Shown in pieces: positions 58,586-64,000 of a DNA stretch of 64,000 nt (the first letter of the stretch is position 1; each line of letters begins with the position of its first letter). The DNA is taken from the NCBI GenBank assembly GCA_021791895.1, contig JAJYVS010000005.1:16002-80001 (forward strand), read 5' to 3'. Origin of the DNA: Actinomycetes bacterium (GTDB taxonomy: Bacteria; Actinomycetota; Acidimicrobiia; Acidimicrobiales; RAAP-2). A program made the translations under genes and the position numbers. The notes beneath the pieces were generated by a model. That model ran no database searches. It was not told where the DNA came from and saw only the letters and a list, made by a program, of their open reading frames with translations.

Positions 58586-59347
58586 GTGAGCGCTCCCGTT
58601 CTGGCAGGTGCCGAGCCCTTTTCCGCCGCCGGGGGCCCGGCCGGGGCGCTGGTCGTCCACGGCTTCACCGGCAACCCCCACTCCATGCGCCCCCTCGCCA
58701 GCGCGCTGGCCGTGGCCGGCCTCAGCGTCGAGGTTCCCCTCCTGCCGGGTCACGGCACCTCGGTGCAGGACATGGTCCCGACCCGTTGGGCCGACTGGTC
58801 GGGCGCGGTGGAAGAGGCGTACGCCGAGCTCTCGGCGCGCTGCTCGAAGGTTGCGGTGGTCGGCCTGTCCATGGGCGGCACGCTGTCGTGCTGGCTGGCC
58901 GAGCGCCACGACGAGATCGCTGGGTTGGTCCTCGTCAACCCGCTGGTGCGCTCGATCACTCCCGACCAGGTCGCGGCGGTCCGGTCCCTCGTCGAGGCGG
59001 GCGAGACGCTGCTGGACGGCATCGGCTCGGACATCGCCGATCCGAGCGTGACCGAGCTGTCCTACGATCGGACGCCGCTCGAGCCCCTGCTCTCGCTGCT
59101 TAATGGGGCCGAGGAGGTGGGCTCGGGCCTGGACCGCATCAGGTGTCCGGTGCTGCTCTTCTCCAGCCGGGACGACCATGTCGTGTCGCCGGACAACGGC
59201 GACGCTGTCGCCGGTGCCTTGGGCGGGCTTTGCGAGCGGGTCTGGCTCGAGCGGAGCTACCACGTGGCCACCCTCGACTACGACCGGGACGAGATCGAGA
59301 AGCGGGCGACGGAGTTCGTGCTCTGGGTCACCGCCAGCGGCCGGTGA
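58586..59347 (+). CDS. alpha/beta hydrolase (carboxylesterase/lysophospholipase-like)
   Basis: ...[18 protein letters not shown]...VVGLSMGG (GxSxG)... Confidence 0.85.
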   Translation: MSAPVLAGAEPFSAAGGPAGALVVHGFTGNPHSMRPLASALAVAGLSVEVPLLPGHGTSVQDMVPTRWADWSGAVEEAYAELSARCSKVAVVGLSMGGTLSCWLAERHDEIAGLVLVNPLVRSITPDQVAAVRSLVEAGETLLDGIGSDIADPSVTELSYDRTPLEPLLSLLNGAEEVGSGLDRIRCPVLLFSSRDDHVVSPDNGDAVAGALGGLCERVWLERSYHVATLDYDRDEIEKRATEFVLWVTASGR

Positions 59348-59672
59348 CGCCCGGCGGCGCCGGGCGAGCATCGAGACCCCCGGCGATCGGCCCCGAGCAG
59401 GTCCGCCACGTCGCCAGGCTGGCCCGCCTCGACCTCGAAGACGAGGAGCTGGCCCGCTTCACGAGCCAGCTCGCCTCGGTGCTCGACTACGCGGCCGAAC
59501 TGGCGGAGCTCGACGTGGAGGAGCTCCAGCCGATGTCCCACCCGCTCCCGCTGCGCAACGTCCTGCGCGAGGACGAGCCGAGCCCCCAGGTGGAGCGGGA
59601 CGAGGTCCTGGCGGAGGCACCGGCGGCCGAGAGCGGGCGCTTCCGGGTGCCGCGAATCCTCTCGGAGGAGGG

Positions 59673-59676
<4 letters not shown>
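59344..59676 (+). CDS. gatC: Asp/Glu-tRNA amidotransferase subunit C
   Basis: ...[47 protein letters not shown]... The tentative start at GTG 59344 overlaps the hydrolase stop (GTGA). Confidence 0.85.
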
Positions 59677-61111
<1,435 letters not shown>

Positions 61112-61115
<4 letters not shown>

Positions 61116-62563
61116 GCGGGATCTCGGCACCGGCGGGCTGGGAGCTGGTGGTCGGGCTCGAGGTGCACTGCGAGCTGGCCACGAGGACCAAGCTCTTCTG
61201 TGGCTGCCCCAACGCCTTCGGCGCCGAACCCAACACGAACGTCTGCCCGGTCTGCCTGGGGCTCCCTGGCTCACTGCCCGTGCTCAACCGGCGCGCGGTC
61301 GAGCTGGCCATGCGGATCGGGGCCGCGCTCAACGCCGAGATCGCGCCGTCGGTGTTCCACCGGAAGAACTACTTCTACCCCGACATGCCCAAGGATTTTC
61401 AGATTAGCCAGTACGACGCCCCCATCAACCGGGGCGGACGCCTCGAGCTCCCCGACGGCTCGGTGGTCGGCATCGAGCGGGCCCACCTCGAGGAGGACAC
61501 CGGCAAGACCACCCACGTCGGGGGCACCGGCCGGATCGGCGGCGCCGACTACGCGCTCGTCGACTACAACCGGGCCGGGGTGCCGTTGGTCGAGATCGTG
61601 AGCGCGCCGGACATCCGCTCAGCCGCCCAGGCCCGGGCCTACGCCGGTGAGCTGCGGGCCATCCTGGTCGCGACGGGCTCCTCGGACGGACGCATGGAGG
61701 AGGGCTCCATGCGGGTCGACGCCAACGTGTCGGTCCGGCGCCCGGGGGCTCCGTTCGGGACCCGGTGCGAGATCAAGAACCTGAACTCGATGCGTTCCCT
61801 CGGCCGGGCCATCGAGTTCGAGGCGGCCCGCCAGGCCGAGGTGCTCGAGGGTGGCGGGACGGTCACCCAGGAGACCCGGCACTGGGACGAGGACCGGGGG
61901 GCGACCCTCCCCATGCGTTCCAAGGAGGAGGCCGACGACTACCGGTACTTCCCCGAGCCCGACCTGGTCCCGTTGGCCCCCGACGGCCGCTGGCAGGCCG
62001 AGGTGGCGGCCTCGATCGGGCCGCTGCCGGCCGAGCGCCGGGCGGTGCTGCAGCGCCTGCTCGGCGGGGAGCCGACGCCGGCCCAGGCCGACCAGGTGCG
62101 CTCGCTCGTCGCCTCGGACCTCGACGCCCTGGTCGTCGCGGCCTGCGAGCGGGGGGCGCCGGCGTCGCTGGCCCTCGTGCGGGCGGCGAACGAGGTGGCG
62201 GCCGACCTCTCCCGGGCGCCCGGCCTCGACCCGGGCGCCTTCGCCAAGCTCCTGATGCTGGAGGGGAGCGGGGAGCTGTCGGCGTCCCAGTCCAAGGCGG
62301 TGCTGGGCGAGCTGCTGGTCGGTGGAGGTGACCCCGCCGAGGTCGCCCGTCGCCTCGGCTTCGAGCCCATGGATGGCGGCGCCCTGGACGAGGTGATTCT
62401 CCGGGTGATCGCCGAGCACCCGGAGGACTGGGCCCGGTTCGTGGCCGGCGAGGACAAGGTCAAGGGACCGCTCGTCGGTGCGGTCCGGCGGGCCACCGAC
62501 AACCAGGCCGATCCGGCGGCGGTGGCCCGCCACCTCGACGAGCTCCGGGCGGCCCGGGCCTGA
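61112..62563 (+). CDS. gatB: Asp/Glu-tRNA amidotransferase subunit B
   Basis: [50 protein letters not shown]...[11 protein letters not shown]... 4-nt overlap with gatA. Confidence 0.95.
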
Positions 62564-62641
62564 GCCCGTCCCCCGGCCGCCCCGGTCCGGGTCCGGCCCT
62601 CGGGAAGGACCGGCTCGGCCGGCGCCCCGTACACTCGGCCC

Positions 62642-64000
62642 ATGACTGAGGACGAGCGACCAGTGTCGGGGGCCGAGCGGCCCGGGATGAAGCCGCGCAG
62701 CTACGAGGTGACCGAGGGGCCGACCCGAGCGCCGGCCCGGGCGATGCTGCGGGCGGTCGGGATGACCGACGCCGACTGGGAGAAGCCCCAGGTCGGCGTG
62801 GCCTCCAGCTGGAACGAGGTGACCCCGTGCAACCTGCCGCTCGCCCGGTTGGCGCAGCGGGCCAAGGACGGGGTGCGGGGCGCCGGGGGCTTCCCGTTCG
62901 AGTTCGTGACCATCGCGGTCTCCGACGGCATCTCCATGGGCCACGAGGGAATGCGGGCGTCGTTGGTCAGCCGGGAGATCATCGCCGACTCGGTCGAGGT
63001 CATGATGCACGCCGAGCGCTTCGACGCCCTGGTTGCCCTGGCCGGTTGCGACAAGTCACTCCCCGGGATGCTCATGGCGGCGGCCCGGGTCAACCTCCCC
63101 ACGGTCTTCCTCTACGGCGGGACCATCCTGCCGGGCCGGCTCGGCGACCGCGCCCTCGACGTGGTGAGCGTCTTCGAGGCGGTCGGCGCCCACGCCGTCC
63201 GCTCGCTGAGCGACGAGGAGCTGGCCCAGATCGAATGCAACGCCTGCCCGACCGAGGGGTCGTGCGCCGGCATGTTCACCGCCAACACCATGGCCTCGGC
63301 GGCCGAAGCCCTTGGCATGGCGCTGCCCGGGAGCTCCTCGGCGCCGGCCGTCGACCGCCGACGCGACGACTTCGCGTACGCCTCGGGGGCCGCCGTGCTC
63401 GACCTTTTGGCGGCCAATGTCCGTCCCCGCCAGATCATGACCAAGGCGGCCTTCGAGAACGCGATCGCCGTCGTCATGGCCCTCGGCGGCTCCACCAACG
63501 CCGTGCTCCACCTCATGGCCATCGCCCACGAGGCCCGGGTCGAGCTCGAGCTCGACGACTTCAACCGCATCGCCTCCCGGGTCCCCCACATCACCGACGC
63601 CAAGCCCCACGGCCGCTACCACATGGTCGACGTCGACCGGGTGGGCGGGGTCCCGGTCGTGCTGCGCGCGCTGCTTGAGGACGGGCTCCTGCACGGCGAC
63701 TGCCTCACCGTGACCGGCCGGACCATGGCCGAGAACCTGGCCCGGCTCGACCCGCCGGCCCCCGACGGCGACGTCATCCACCCGATCAGCCGGCCGATCC
63801 ACGCCGCCGGGGGGATCGCCGTGTTGACCGGCACCCTCGCCCCCAAGGGCTCGGTGGTGAAGGTGGCGGGGCTCGACGAGCTGGCCTTCGAGGGGACGGC
63901 CCGGGTGTTCGACGGCGAGGCGGCGGCCATGGACGCCATCGTGGCCGGGTCGATCCGCCCGGGGACCGTCCTCGTGATCCGCTACGAGGGCCCAAAGGGC
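62642..64000 (+). CDS. ilvD: dihydroxy-acid dehydratase (5' part; runs off the window)
   Basis: Absent from the ORF track because there is no stop in the window. My translation reads ...[49 protein letters not shown]...[15 protein letters not shown]...[16 protein letters not shown]... Start at ATG 62642 or 62687. Confidence 0.9.
   Translation, partial: MTEDERPVSGAERPGMKPRSYEVTEGPTRAPARAMLRAVGMTDADWEKPQVGVASSWNEVTPCNLPLARLAQRAKDGVRGAGGFPFEFVTIAVSDGISMGHEGMRASLVSREIIADSVEVMMHAERFDALVALAGCDKSLPGMLMAAARVNLPTVFLYGGTILPGRLGDRALDVVSVFEAVGAHAVRSLSDEELAQIECNACPTEGSCAGMFTANTMASAAEALGMALPGSSSAPAVDRRRDDFAYASGAAVLDLLAANVRPRQIMTKAAFENAIAVVMALGGSTNAVLHLMAIAHEARVELELDDFNRIASRVPHITDAKPHGRYHMVDVDRVGGVPVVLRALLEDGLLHGDCLTVTGRTMAENLARLDPPAPDGDVIHPISRPIHAAGGIAVLTGTLAPKGSVVKVAGLDELAFEGTARVFDGEAAAMDAIVAGSIRPGTVLVIRYEGPKG

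Overview
High-G+C, gene-dense chromosomal segment, judged by eye (about 70% G+C, not computed). Gene content points to Actinomycetota: mycofactocin genes, an Rv2466c-like DsbA reductase, an F420/LLM oxidoreductase, a PASTA Ser/Thr kinase and gatCAB. I support about 60 protein genes. They include: (i) a beta-oxidation-type cluster at 1-9.2 kb (enoyl-CoA hydratase, two thiolases, two acyl-CoA dehydrogenases, a MaoC hot-dog pair) interrupted by a frameshifted AlkD-like gene and an internally deleted SDR remnant; (ii) a marR plus two half-ABC exporter operon; (iii) a complete but rearranged mycofactocin locus (mftD | mftF reversed | mftA-B-C-E) flanked by candidate mycofactocin-dependent dehydrogenases; (iv) a pyrimidine-salvage group (upp, cytosine-type deaminase, PRTase, NCS1 permease); (v) an amidase and a DrrABC-like ABC-2 exporter; (vi) a BCCP::carboxyltransferase fusion; (vii) ileS; (viii) a poorly characterised circularly permuted ATP-grasp / alpha-E::transglutaminase module; (ix) housekeeping genes (aldehyde dehydrogenase, cysteine desulfurase, mnmA, ligA, PASTA kinase, gatCAB, partial ilvD). 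I saw no rRNA, tRNA, CRISPR array, transposase or integrase. Most of the long ORFs in the supplied track are Arg/Pro/Gly-rich shadow frames typical of high-GC DNA. Several real genes start well inside the listed ORFs. Two real genes are missing from the track because they have no stop in the window (1-1002 minus strand, and ilvD at the right edge). Three short ORFs that I consider plausible are below the 60-aa cut-off: mftA, a 56-aa zinc-ribbon-like ORF and a 38-aa membrane ORF. The least explained places are the ATP-grasp/alpha-E::transglutaminase module with its structured AT-rich start region, a roughly 1 kb gene-poor lower-GC patch at 55.5-56.5 kb, a 672-bp convergent spacer carrying a signal-peptide sORF, and an orphan two-TM protein after ileS. 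All family assignments come from motif recognition by eye, not from database searches.
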